Source: Thermoplasmata archaeon (lineage in GTDB: Archaea > Thermoplasmatota > Thermoplasmata > Lutacidiplasmatales > UBA184). Taken from it: a DNA stretch of 64,000 nt. The notes beneath the pieces were generated by a model that made no database searches, had not been told where the DNA came from, and saw only the letters and a program-made list of their open reading frames with translations. The translations under genes and the position numbers were made by a program. Below are positions 8,712 through 18,026 of the stretch, one piece after another. The stretch is from positions 1 to 64,000 of the forward strand of contig JAGWLG010000006.1 in assembly GCA_028864975.1 (NCBI GenBank), in the 5' to 3' direction. The first letter of the stretch is position 1; each line of letters begins with the position of its first letter.

Positions 8712-9602
8712 ATGGCCGTCACGTTCGACCTTCCCATCGTGGACCACCATGCCCACCTTCGCCCCGGGGAGAGCGCGCTCCTCGCCGCTCGGAACTTCGC
8801 GAAGGCGGGCGGGTCCCACCTCTTCCTCGCCACCCAGAACTACCTCGCCCATGCCCCAAGGAGCCTTGAGGAGTACCGGAGGCAGTTCGAAACGACCGAG
8901 TCCATCGCCGCCCGGGTGCGCAAGGAGACGGGCATCGAGGTTCTCTCGGTCCTGGCCCCTTACCCGATCGACCTCGTCCACGTGGCCTCCGAGACCGGGC
9001 TCGTCGCTGCAGAACACCTGCAGCTCGATGCCCTCGAGCTTGCCGCGAAGGAAGTACGCGAAGGCCGGGCGGTGGCCCTGGGTGAGGTCGGACGTGCCCA
9101 CTTCCCTGTGGACCCCGAGGTCAAGCAAGCGCTCGACCGGGTCATGGGGACCGCGCTACGGATCGCCCACGAAACCGGATGTCCGGCCGTGCTCCACACC
9201 GAGGACCTCGATGAGCGGGGATACGCGGAGGTCTCGGAGATGACCCGGAAGAGCGGACTTCCCCCGGAACGCGCGATCAAGCACTACGCACGCACGGTGG
9301 TCCCCTCGGCCCAGCGGCACGGGGTCACCCCCTCCTTCCTGGCCAAGCGGGAGCTCGTCCGGGAGGTGGTGCGCGAGCCCGGACCGTGGTTCTTCGAGAC
9401 CGACTTCCTGGACGACCCGGCTCGACCTGGGGTCGCCCTCCCGCTCGAGACCGTGCCCCGGAGAGTGCGGCAGCTTCTCGGCTCGCCCGCTCTACCGCGG
9501 GGCGACGTCGTCGAAAAGCTCTCGATCCCGTTCGTCGAAGCCCCACGCCGGCTCTATGGGCTGGAACTGATGCGGAGGTCGCCGCTGACGATCGAAGTCT
9601 GA
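8712..9602 (+). CDS. TatD-like metal-dependent hydrolase (TIM barrel)
   Basis: DHHAH, GEVGRAHF, VLHTE, IKHY, FETDFLDDP. Confidence 0.85.
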   Translation: MAVTFDLPIVDHHAHLRPGESALLAARNFAKAGGSHLFLATQNYLAHAPRSLEEYRRQFETTESIAARVRKETGIEVLSVLAPYPIDLVHVASETGLVAAEHLQLDALELAAKEVREGRAVALGEVGRAHFPVDPEVKQALDRVMGTALRIAHETGCPAVLHTEDLDERGYAEVSEMTRKSGLPPERAIKHYARTVVPSAQRHGVTPSFLAKRELVREVVREPGPWFFETDFLDDPARPGVALPLETVPRRVRQLLGSPALPRGDVVEKLSIPFVEAPRRLYGLELMRRSPLTIEV

Positions 9603-9616
9603 GGGAGGGCGCTGAC

Positions 9617-10270
9617 GTGAAGGGTGAGCGGCAACGCGGGGTCCTCGTGGCCATCGAGGGCATCGATGGGACCGGGAAGAGCACGCTGTTGAACGGACTG
9701 GCGAGGGTCCTGCGCTCTCGAGGGTGGAGCGTCGGGCGGTGGAAGGAGCCCTCCAATTCGGTGCTCGGGAAGGCCGCGAGAGGCTACGGAGGAAAGGACC
9801 CCGGCCAGGCCGCCCTGCTCTTCACGCTCGACCGAGGTGGGGAATGGGCGAACCTGGAGGCCCTCCGCCGCGGCCATGATGTGGTGCTTTCGGACCGTTC
9901 CTACTTTTCCACCCTGGCCTACCAGGGGAGTGCGCTCAAGCCTCGGGAGCGGCGAACTTTGGAGCTCCTCCAACGTTCCGTGGCCCATGTCCCCGACCTG
10001 GTGCTCTGGCTCCAACTGGACGCCCGGGTGGCCCTGGAACGCGTGGGACAGCGAGGAGCTGCTCGCTCGCGGTGGGAGCGCTTGGAGGTCCTGGCGCGGA
10101 CGGCTCGAGCCTACGGAGGGTATGCCCGGCGCGAGCCGCGTCGGTTCGTGCGGCTGGACGCCCGGTTGCCCCCTGCCGAGGTTCGGGCCGCCGCCTTGGC
10201 CGCCGTAGAGCGGCGGCTGGGACCGCGCTCGAAAGCGGGCGCAGCCCGATCGCGGCGAGCGACCTTTTAG
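9617..10270 (+). CDS. tmk: Thymidylate kinase
   Basis: IEGIDGTGKST P-loop, KEPS, LFTLDR, SDRSYFSTLAYQ, PDLVLWL; GTG start after GGAGG. Confidence 0.92.
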   Translation: MKGERQRGVLVAIEGIDGTGKSTLLNGLARVLRSRGWSVGRWKEPSNSVLGKAARGYGGKDPGQAALLFTLDRGGEWANLEALRRGHDVVLSDRSYFSTLAYQGSALKPRERRTLELLQRSVAHVPDLVLWLQLDARVALERVGQRGAARSRWERLEVLARTARAYGGYARREPRRFVRLDARLPPAEVRAAALAAVERRLGPRSKAGAARSRRATF

Positions 10271-10303
10271 GGCGAGACGCTGCTCCCCCTCCTTCTCCAC
10301 GAC

Positions 10304-11467
10304 ATGACGGACGGGATCATTCTCCGCGAGGAGACTCTGGACGCCTCCTACCTCCCCCCTTCGCTGCCCCACCGTGAGAAGGAGCTCGCCCTGTTGCGTG
10401 AGCGGTTCTCCCGGTCGATGGATGCGGGCCAAGGGTGGAGCCAGCTCTTGACCGGGGGAATCGGCAGCGGGAAGACCGCCCTCTCCCGGGCGCTCGCCCA
10501 CGAGCTTGCCGCGCGCCGTCGCCCCAAGGACAAGGCCTCCGGTCCCGGGCTCAAGGAGATCTACGTCAACTGCTGGCGACGCAACAGCGACCGGGCGGTC
10601 GTCCTCGAGCTGCTGAACGCCGTGGACCGTCCGGTCCCGGACCGCGGGTTCTCGGTCTCGGAGATGATGGACACCTTCGAGAGGGGCTTGAGGGAGGTCC
10701 GGGGACCGACCCTCATTATCCTGGACGAGGTGAGCGTCCTGCTCAAGGGCGGAAGCAAGCTCATCTACATGCTGACCCGGGGCCGCGAGGTCGGTCTCGG
10801 ACCGCTCTCCCTGCTGCTCATCGCACCCCAGGACGTGCTCCCGTACCTCGACGCCGCCTCCCGCAGCGGGTTCGGGGTCACGCACCGGCTGCACCTCTCC
10901 AGGTACTCCCGGGAGGCGCTCGCGGACATCGTCCAGGCGAGGGCGGGATTGGCGCTCCGTCCGGGGACGCTGGGTCGGGAGGTCGCCGAACAGATCGCCC
11001 GGGTCGCGGAGGCGCAGGGCGATGCGCGGCTCGCCCTCGAGCTCCTTGCGGGCTCGGCTCGTCGGGCCGAGGAACAGGGCGCTCGCGAGGTCGGTGCCGA
11101 GGACGTCCGATGGGCCAAGGCCTCGCTCTACCCCACGATCACGGAGGAGAAGTTGGACGGGCTCCCCCCCTCCTCGCTCCTCGTGCTGCTCGCCCTCGCC
11201 CGGACCCTTCGGGCCCCCGGGTCGTGGGTCAAGATGGAGCGCGTGCGGAGGGCCTACGCCCTGGCCTCCGAGGAGTTCGGCATCAAGGCGGGCGGCAAGG
11301 TCACCTTCTGGCGGACGGTCAAGGCCCTCGAGATGGAAGGGCTCCTGGAGATGGAGGCCCCTCGTCCCGGAGCTCCCGGGCGCCTGACGCAGGACGAGAT
11401 CCCCGCCAGCATGCTGGAGCTGGTCCTGAACGAGCGCCTGGGACGTCCGTCCTCGGCCCAAAGTTAA
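10304..11467 (+). CDS. cdc6: Orc1/Cdc6 family replication initiation protein
   Basis: 'LDASYLPPSLPHREKE', Walker A GGIGSGKT, YVNC, Walker B IILDEV, 'GDARLALELL', C-terminal winged-helix-like region. Confidence 0.9.
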   Translation: MTDGIILREETLDASYLPPSLPHREKELALLRERFSRSMDAGQGWSQLLTGGIGSGKTALSRALAHELAARRRPKDKASGPGLKEIYVNCWRRNSDRAVVLELLNAVDRPVPDRGFSVSEMMDTFERGLREVRGPTLIILDEVSVLLKGGSKLIYMLTRGREVGLGPLSLLLIAPQDVLPYLDAASRSGFGVTHRLHLSRYSREALADIVQARAGLALRPGTLGREVAEQIARVAEAQGDARLALELLAGSARRAEEQGAREVGAEDVRWAKASLYPTITEEKLDGLPPSSLLVLLALARTLRAPGSWVKMERVRRAYALASEEFGIKAGGKVTFWRTVKALEMEGLLEMEAPRPGAPGRLTQDEIPASMLELVLNERLGRPSSAQS

Positions 11468-11493
11468 ATGCCGATGAACTCTGGCCACGCGGG

Positions 11494-13941
11494 ATGACCA
11501 CAGGGAGCCGACGCGGGTTCGCGACCCACTCGGGGTCGCACAGCAGCCACGCGCGCCGCACCGCCACTCCCGCCGCCGTCGCTCCGCCCGCACCTCCGCC
11601 TGCCCCCCCTCCTCCGGCCGAGACTTCCCCCCAGGAGCCCCTTCAGACCGCCCGGGAGCTCCGGGCAGAAGGGAAGTTCGAGGAGGCGCTCGCCCAGGTC
11701 GACCTGGCGCTCCGTTCCTCCCCCCACGACGCCGAGGCGCGAGAACAGCGTGGCCTCACCCTGCTGGACCTCCACCGGGCGAGCGAGGCCCTGAGCGAGC
11801 TCGACCAGGCCCTCGCGCTCCGATCCGACCTTCCGTCCGCCCACGCGGGACGCGGTGAAGCGCTGAGGGTGCTGGGGGACAAGGAGCGCTCGCTCTGGGC
11901 CTACACGAAGGCGCTCCAGCTCTCCCCCTCCTCCGACCCCTGGAGGAAGGCGCGACGAGAGACCGCGGCGGAGTTCCTGGGGGTCGAGCCGGGGACGGAC
12001 GCGCACGCGCTCGCGATGGAGGCGATGCGGCAAGGTCACCGGGCCCTGGCGGTCGACCTGTCGGATGAGGCACTGTCGACCGCCGACACGGACCCTGAGA
12101 GCTGGCGGGAGGACGCCCGCCATCTCCGGGAGGAGAAGGAATACGACGAGCTCCTGATGCGCGCTCGGGCCCGCCTCTCCCGCTTTTCGGGCGACCCGGT
12201 CGCCCAGGCCTACCTGGGCTACGCCCTCTACGGCAAGGAGGACTGGAAGGGCTGCCTGGAACCTCTCGCGGGCGCGGAGAGAGAGCCGAAGGAAGGTCGT
12301 GAAGCGACCCTACTGCGGGCACGAGCGCTCTATCGTCTGAAACGCGAAGAGGAGGCCACGCCCTTGCTGGACCGACTGCTCGCAGCCGCTCCGGACGATG
12401 CGGAGCTCCTGAAGATCGCGCTCGCTTCCCCTTGGGCACGACAGCGTCCGTTCCCGGCCCTTCGCGGGGCGCACCGTCTCGTCCAGAAGGCCCCGAAAGA
12501 CCCCGAGGCCTGGAGGACGCTCGTGGTCGCCTCCTTCCGTCTGGGCCATTACGCCGAGACCGCCGAGGCCGCCGGGAAGGTGAGGGCCCTCGACCCGAAG
12601 CAGATCGGGGTCGCGCTCCCCCAGGCCATCGCGTTGGGAAGGCTGGGCCACCCCGCCGAGGCCGCTCAGCTCCTGGAGGAGTACCTCAAGGAGGACCCGG
12701 GGAACCCCGAGGCTTGGAGGGAGCTCGGACTGCTCCGCCACCGCGAAGGGAAGCTCGGTGATGCCGAGGCCGCCCTGCGGAAGGCGGTCGAGCTCGACCC
12801 GGACCACGTCGCCGCCAGGATGGCGCTCGCGACGTTGCTCTCCAAGGGCTCGAAGGACGCCGAGGCCGAGACGAACTTCCTCGCCGCCACGAGGATCGAC
12901 CCGAAGAACGTCGAATCCTTCTACAACCTGGGCGTCGTCCGGCAGAAGCTCGGGAAGGACGCCCCCGCGGCGGATGCGTTCCGCGCGGCGCTCGCGATCG
13001 ACCGTACCCACGTGGATTCGGCGGCGAACCTCGCCGTTGTCCTCGCCAAAGGCAAGCGGTACGACGAGGCGGCGAAGGAACTGGAGGCGACGCTCGCCTT
13101 CCGTCCCGACGCGAAGGACCTCAACTTCAACCTGGGGCAGATCTACCTGCTCCAAGGTCGTGCGGACGGGGCCTATCTCCAGTTCAAGCGGGCCCACCGT
13201 CTGGACCCCTTCGACTACGAGAGCTGGAACCACCGGGGCGCCGCCCTTTCGAAGACCCACCGCATCGACGAGCGGAGCGCCGAGGGATGGATGGCGCTCG
13301 GCCGGGGGTTCCTCCGGCGGCAGGGCTACTCCGAAGCGCACGAGTGCTTCCGCCGGGCCCTCGAGCTCGACCCCAAGAACGAGGAGGCCAAGCGCCTGCG
13401 GGCCGAGAGCCTCTCCTCGGTCTACGGCGTTCCCCCGAACGCGGCGGCAGAGTGGCTCTCGACCTCCCGGATGCTGCTCGAGATGCACCAGTTCGCGGAT
13501 GCCATGGACGCCCTCTCGGTGGTGCTCATGCTCGATCCCGAGAACGCTTCCGCTCGGGTGCTCACGGGGAGAGCGCTGCTATCCCTGGGTAAGGCGCAGG
13601 TCGCGCTCCATCAGGCGGACCTCGCCCTGCGCGTGGAGAAGGAGAGCGCGGCCGCCTGGGCGCTGAAGGGCGAGGCGCTCCTCCAGCTCGAACGATACTC
13701 GGAGGCCCTCGATTGCTTCGACTGGCTGGTCGAGCATGCGCCGAAGGACGCTGCCGCCTTCACCTTCCGAGGCGTCGCGCTCGCGGCCCTGGGACGCGGC
13801 CGCGAGGCGGTCAAGGCGTTCGACGAAGCCCTGGAGGTGGACCCCAACTTCCGCGAAGCGTGGCATCACAAGGGCGTGGAGCTCGAGAAAGAGGGCCACT
13901 ACGAGAAGGCCGCGGAGGCCTTCGCCAACGGGTTCCGGTAG
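11494..13941 (+). CDS. Large tetratricopeptide repeat protein
   Basis: More than 12 TPR-like units (e.g. EAWRELGLLRHREGKLGDAEAALRKAVELDP) after a Pro/Ala-rich N-terminus; start set at ATG 11494, just after the cdc6 stop. Confidence 0.85.
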   Translation: MTTGSRRGFATHSGSHSSHARRTATPAAVAPPAPPPAPPPPAETSPQEPLQTARELRAEGKFEEALAQVDLALRSSPHDAEAREQRGLTLLDLHRASEALSELDQALALRSDLPSAHAGRGEALRVLGDKERSLWAYTKALQLSPSSDPWRKARRETAAEFLGVEPGTDAHALAMEAMRQGHRALAVDLSDEALSTADTDPESWREDARHLREEKEYDELLMRARARLSRFSGDPVAQAYLGYALYGKEDWKGCLEPLAGAEREPKEGREATLLRARALYRLKREEEATPLLDRLLAAAPDDAELLKIALASPWARQRPFPALRGAHRLVQKAPKDPEAWRTLVVASFRLGHYAETAEAAGKVRALDPKQIGVALPQAIALGRLGHPAEAAQLLEEYLKEDPGNPEAWRELGLLRHREGKLGDAEAALRKAVELDPDHVAARMALATLLSKGSKDAEAETNFLAATRIDPKNVESFYNLGVVRQKLGKDAPAADAFRAALAIDRTHVDSAANLAVVLAKGKRYDEAAKELEATLAFRPDAKDLNFNLGQIYLLQGRADGAYLQFKRAHRLDPFDYESWNHRGAALSKTHRIDERSAEGWMALGRGFLRRQGYSEAHECFRRALELDPKNEEAKRLRAESLSSVYGVPPNAAAEWLSTSRMLLEMHQFADAMDALSVVLMLDPENASARVLTGRALLSLGKAQVALHQADLALRVEKESAAAWALKGEALLQLERYSEALDCFDWLVEHAPKDAAAFTFRGVALAALGRGREAVKAFDEALEVDPNFREAWHHKGVELEKEGHYEKAAEAFANGFR

Positions 13942-14004
13942 GGCCGTCTCCTCCCCCGCGGACGGCCCACGAGTTCAAGCCTCCGCCGTCCCATACGTCA
14001 GGAC

Positions 14005-16575
14005 ATGGTCACGGCGCCGCGGGTCGGAGCGTGGCGACAAGGCTCCCCGCGGCGCTCGAGCTTGGCGGTCCAGCTCCTGGTGATCGGTGTGCTTTGGGTG
14101 GTCCTGCTCCCCCCAGTACCGGCGAATGCCCCTCCCCTTCCCGCGCAGCTCGAGCCGAGGAGCAGCCATTCTGGTCTCTCGAGTTCGACCCCTTCATCTT
14201 CGGACTGTGGGAGGGCAGGCTCCCCAACCGGGTGCCCATCTCACACCCTGACGTCCGTCAGCGGGTCCGCCTGGTACCTGAGCCAGGCCCCCTACCCGTG
14301 GCCATCCTCCAACTGGGGCATGTCCGCCGACTTCGACGAGCGCTTCCACGCCTTCGTGGAGTTCGGGGGATTCGGCACGGGGTTCCTGGGGCTGAACCAG
14401 ACGTGGGTCTATGCCAATGAGACCTGGAGCAAATTCACCAACGGGGCCGAGCCCCCTGGAGCGGTCTTCCCGTCGATGGCGTACGACCCCACGTGCAACG
14501 CGCCGTGGGGAGGGAAGGGCTGCACGATCCTCTTCGGGGGTTGCACGGAGCTCAGCTGCTCCTATCCTCAAGCGACGACCTGGTTGCTCTCTCCTTTGGG
14601 ATGGACCAATGTCACTTCGAGCTCGGTCCTGACCCCTCCGGCCCGAGGGATGACCTCGATGATCTACGACGCTGAGGCCGGGGGCGACCTGCTCTTCGGG
14701 GGAAGAGGGGCGGGGGGCCGCGCGCTCAACGACTCCTGGCTCTGGAAGAATGGCCAGTGGCAGAACCTGACGGCAGGGCTGTCGACCGCTCCTTCACCGC
14801 GCTCCTCCGCCTCCATGGCCTATGACCCGACCGCGAGGGCCGCCATCCTCTTTGGCGGGGAGTCGAGCACGTTCGGAGCTTGCGGCTTCGCCTGCGCTGA
14901 CACCTGGAGCTTCTCCTCGGGGAAGTGGCACAACCTGACGCAGCCCTCGGGTCCCGAAGGCCGGTTCAACGCCGCGATGGCCACGGACCCCATGGACCAG
15001 GGCGTCGTGCTCTTCGGGGGTGACGAGGCCGTCCCCGGGACCGCGGGGGCGCTGCTCTCGAACAACTCGTGGGTGTACGATGGGACTTGGCGGAACGTCT
15101 CGGGGACCCTGGGCGCGTCGCCGCCGATGCAGGAGTACCCCGTCGCGGCCCTGGACAACAGCACCTCCTACGTCATCCTGTTCGACGGATGCGCCAGCTT
15201 AGGGGGAGGACGGAACGGCTGCGGACATTCGAACCAGGTATGGACCTACCCCCTTCCCGAAGTGGTCCTCACGGGTCCGTGGCTTTCCACCAGCGCCATA
15301 GGGCTCGGCCAATCGGTCCAGGTCGGCGCGAGCGCACTGCAGGGGACCGCCGGCTTGCCCATCTCCTGGAGCGGACTTCCCCCCGGTTGTAGCGAGGTCA
15401 GTTTCGGGATCGAGAACTTCAGCTGCACGCCCTCGTCGCCCGGAACCTATCCCCTCTCCTTCCAGGTCTCCGTGAACCTTGGGGCCGCAGGTTGGATGAA
15501 CCTGAGCTCACGGACGTCGATCCTGACGGTCCAAGACCTCCTCGCGGTGTCAGCCCCCACCGCGTATCCGAACCCTGTCACGGTGGGGTACCTGCTCCGG
15601 CTCTCGGCCCTGGCCTCCGGGGGTCTTTTCCCGGTCTCCCTCCATTGGTACGGCCTCCCTGCGGGATGCGTCTCGCCCGTGGGGGGGTTGGGGTTCGAGG
15701 AGTTCCTCAACTGCACCCCCGTCGTCCTAGGGGACTACATCGTTTGGGCGAACGCGACCGACGCCTACGGTGTCTCGGCGGTCGGAGCGTCCCTCGCGAT
15801 CATCGTGCAGAACGTTCCCCTGGTCGTTGGGGCCCCCTGGGCGGTGCCCAACCCGGTGAACGTGGGGTCCTTCCTCGAGCTCTCGGTGGCGGTCTCCGGC
15901 GGGGTGCGTCCCTACTATGTCCTGTGGCACGGGTTGCCCTCGGGGTGCGCCAGCTCCCCGAACGGGACGGCGCAGGGGGCGTCCCTCAACTGCACACCGG
16001 TGGGCACCGGGGACTACGCGGTCGACGTGACGGCGAGGGACCCTGCGGGTCAGGTCTCGACGAGCTCAACCCTATTCGTGAACGTCATCTCCACGCCCTT
16101 GTCGGTCAATGCTCCCCAGGCGTATCCTGACCCGGCGACGGTAGGGTCCCCGCTCGCCCTCTCGGCCTCGAGCACGGGAGGGACCTACCCGATCTACTAC
16201 CGGTGGTACGGAGTGCCGAGCGGCTGCTCGCAGCTGACGAACACCTCGTGGAACGGACAGTTCATGAACTGCACTCCGAACGCCGCGGGTACCTTCTCGG
16301 TCTCCTTCGAAGCTCAGGACAATCTCGGAAGGTCCGCCTACAGCGTGACCCTGCGGTTGCAGGTCCAGGCGAGACCCCCCCCGCCGCCGGGACCGGTGCA
16401 GCCGGGCGGCGGTCTTGACCTCGCGGTCGCGTTGAGCTTGGGCATCGGAGGCTCCCTCGCCCCGCTGCTCGGCTGGGCGGTGCTGTTGCGACGTAACAGA
16501 GACCCACGGGAAAGGCCGCCACCGTTCCCGCCGCCCGCCCCAGGGCCCTCGGTGGCGTGGCGCCCCGAGCCTTGA
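14005..16575 (+). CDS. Secreted, membrane-anchored surface protein: Kelch-like propeller plus four PKD/Ig-like repeats
   Basis: Signal-like N-terminus, repeated 'MAYD...LFGG...W' blades, four 'WxGLPxGC...CTP' units, C-terminal TM followed by RRNR. Confidence 0.8.
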   Translation: MVTAPRVGAWRQGSPRRSSLAVQLLVIGVLWVVLLPPVPANAPPLPAQLEPRSSHSGLSSSTPSSSDCGRAGSPTGCPSHTLTSVSGSAWYLSQAPYPWPSSNWGMSADFDERFHAFVEFGGFGTGFLGLNQTWVYANETWSKFTNGAEPPGAVFPSMAYDPTCNAPWGGKGCTILFGGCTELSCSYPQATTWLLSPLGWTNVTSSSVLTPPARGMTSMIYDAEAGGDLLFGGRGAGGRALNDSWLWKNGQWQNLTAGLSTAPSPRSSASMAYDPTARAAILFGGESSTFGACGFACADTWSFSSGKWHNLTQPSGPEGRFNAAMATDPMDQGVVLFGGDEAVPGTAGALLSNNSWVYDGTWRNVSGTLGASPPMQEYPVAALDNSTSYVILFDGCASLGGGRNGCGHSNQVWTYPLPEVVLTGPWLSTSAIGLGQSVQVGASALQGTAGLPISWSGLPPGCSEVSFGIENFSCTPSSPGTYPLSFQVSVNLGAAGWMNLSSRTSILTVQDLLAVSAPTAYPNPVTVGYLLRLSALASGGLFPVSLHWYGLPAGCVSPVGGLGFEEFLNCTPVVLGDYIVWANATDAYGVSAVGASLAIIVQNVPLVVGAPWAVPNPVNVGSFLELSVAVSGGVRPYYVLWHGLPSGCASSPNGTAQGASLNCTPVGTGDYAVDVTARDPAGQVSTSSTLFVNVISTPLSVNAPQAYPDPATVGSPLALSASSTGGTYPIYYRWYGVPSGCSQLTNTSWNGQFMNCTPNAAGTFSVSFEAQDNLGRSAYSVTLRLQVQARPPPPPGPVQPGGGLDLAVALSLGIGGSLAPLLGWAVLLRRNRDPRERPPPFPPPAPGPSVAWRPEP
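15541..16372 (+). repeat. Tandem 93-codon repeats within the surface protein
   Basis: Units start at 15541, 15820 and 16099 (exact 279-nt spacing); a more diverged unit starts near 15270. Confidence 0.75.
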
Positions 16576-16609
16576 AGACGGTCGGCGGGTGGCTCCTGGC
16601 GGAGTCCCC

Positions 16610-17518
16610 GTGACCGAGTCGTTGGTGCAGATCGAGGGCACCTCCCGCCTTCCCCCCTGGATCCGCATGGGCCTTCCGAACGAACTGTATCCTCAGGTGC
16701 GGGACCTCCTTCAGGGCCACCACCTCGCGACAGTGTGTCGGGAGGCCCGCTGCCCGAACTTGACGGAGTGCTGGTCCGCGGGGACGGCCACCCTGATGCT
16801 CCTCGGGGACACCTGCACTCGACGCTGTTCCTTCTGCGCGGTCACCACACGGTCGCCGCACGGGGTCGTGGACGAGACGGAGCCCGAGCGGGTCGCGGAT
16901 GCCGTCTCCCAGTGGGGACTCCGGTACGTGGTGCTCACCCAGGTCTGTCGCGATGACCTCGCCGACCACGGGGCTCGGGTCCTCGCCGCTACGGTCCGCG
17001 CGATCCATGCGCGGAGCCGCGGGACGAGGGTCGAGGTCCTCGCGGGGGACCTGGGGGGCGACCCGACCGCGATCGGCGAACTGCTCCGCTCGGGGCCCGA
17101 GGTCTTCGCTCATAATCTCGAGACAGTGCGGAGGCTCTCCCCTTCCGTGCGCGACCGTCGGGCGGACTACGAGCTCTCCCTCCGAACGCTCAAGGAGGCC
17201 AAGCGCCTCGAGCCTCGGGCCCGGGTCACCAAGTCTTCGCTCATGCTCGGCCTTGGCGAGACCCGAGAGGAGGTCGTAGAGACGATGCGCGACCTTCGGG
17301 AGGCGGGGGTCGACCTCCTGACCTTAGGGCAGTATCTTCGTCCGGGAGGCAGGGGGTTCCACGCCGTCGAGCGCTATGTGCCCCCGGAGGAGTTCACGGA
17401 GCTGGGCCGAGAGGCCGAAGAGCTCGGGTTCGCCGGGGTCGCGTCGGGGCCGATGGTGCGCTCCTCCTACCACGCCGACGAGCTTTTTGTACGCGCCCTA
17501 GCGAGGGGGTCCGTCTGA
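16610..17518 (+). CDS. lipA: Lipoyl synthase
   Basis: CREARCPNLTEC (Cx4Cx5C), CTRRCSFC, HNLETV, TKSSLMLGLGE, GQYLRP, RSSY. Confidence 0.95.
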   Translation: MTESLVQIEGTSRLPPWIRMGLPNELYPQVRDLLQGHHLATVCREARCPNLTECWSAGTATLMLLGDTCTRRCSFCAVTTRSPHGVVDETEPERVADAVSQWGLRYVVLTQVCRDDLADHGARVLAATVRAIHARSRGTRVEVLAGDLGGDPTAIGELLRSGPEVFAHNLETVRRLSPSVRDRRADYELSLRTLKEAKRLEPRARVTKSSLMLGLGETREEVVETMRDLREAGVDLLTLGQYLRPGGRGFHAVERYVPPEEFTELGREAEELGFAGVASGPMVRSSYHADELFVRALARGSV

Positions 17519-17520
17519 CC

Positions 17521-17907
17521 ATGGCGAAGAAGGTCAAGAAGCGGGTCGAAGAGGACCAGCACGTCAAGGAGTTCAAGTTCCCGCACTTCGACGCTCGGGC
17601 CTTCATCCTTCACGAGCTCGAGCAGTCCTATGCGACGGCGATTGCCCTCAGCCTGGCGCTCCTCCTGGCGGTCGTGTCCTGGCAGGTCACGGTCGCCGGA
17701 CTGGGGAGTGGTTCGACCGGGGTGCTCCCCTTCGCGCTAGGCGCCCTCGCGATGGGGGTCGCCGGGGCCGTCGCGATGGTCTTCCTCATCCAGAAGGTCC
17801 GTCCGAAGGCCGAGGAATACAAGCGCGGGGACTGGGCGAGCCTCGTCATGACCTACCTCTTCCTGTGGGCCGGGATCTGGGCCCTCCTGGTCGACGTCTG
17901 GGCCTGA
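17521..17907 (+). CDS. Small conserved archaeal membrane protein
   Basis: Charged N-terminus (EFKFPHFD) followed by 3 TM helices; starts 2 nt after lipA. Confidence 0.7.
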   Translation: MAKKVKKRVEEDQHVKEFKFPHFDARAFILHELEQSYATAIALSLALLLAVVSWQVTVAGLGSGSTGVLPFALGALAMGVAGAVAMVFLIQKVRPKAEEYKRGDWASLVMTYLFLWAGIWALLVDVWA

Positions 17908-18026
17908 GCCCGGCCTGCGAGTGCAGGCATGGGACGATGCGGGGACGTGGCCTCCGGGCTCGTGGGGAGGGAAGGACATGGCTCCTCCCGAGCTCTACGG
18001 TCGGTCACTCTGCTTGAGTGGTGCGG

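Noticed and set aside
10271-11493. Replication origin (ORB repeats) beside cdc6
   Set aside because: Flanking gaps are only about 30 nt, with no AT-rich unwinding element or repeated ORB-like motif
10435-11493. N-terminal 353 aa of the 1168-aa ORF as part of the TPR protein
   Set aside because: It is an off-frame read-through across cdc6; TPR-like sequence begins only after about 11640
9554-11593. Long antisense or alternate-frame ORFs (e.g. 9554-11593, 2886-4574, 18484-20070, 43435-44796, 55805-57211)
   Set aside because: Shadow ORFs expected at high GC; Arg/Pro/Gly-rich, motif-free, and overlapping well-supported genes
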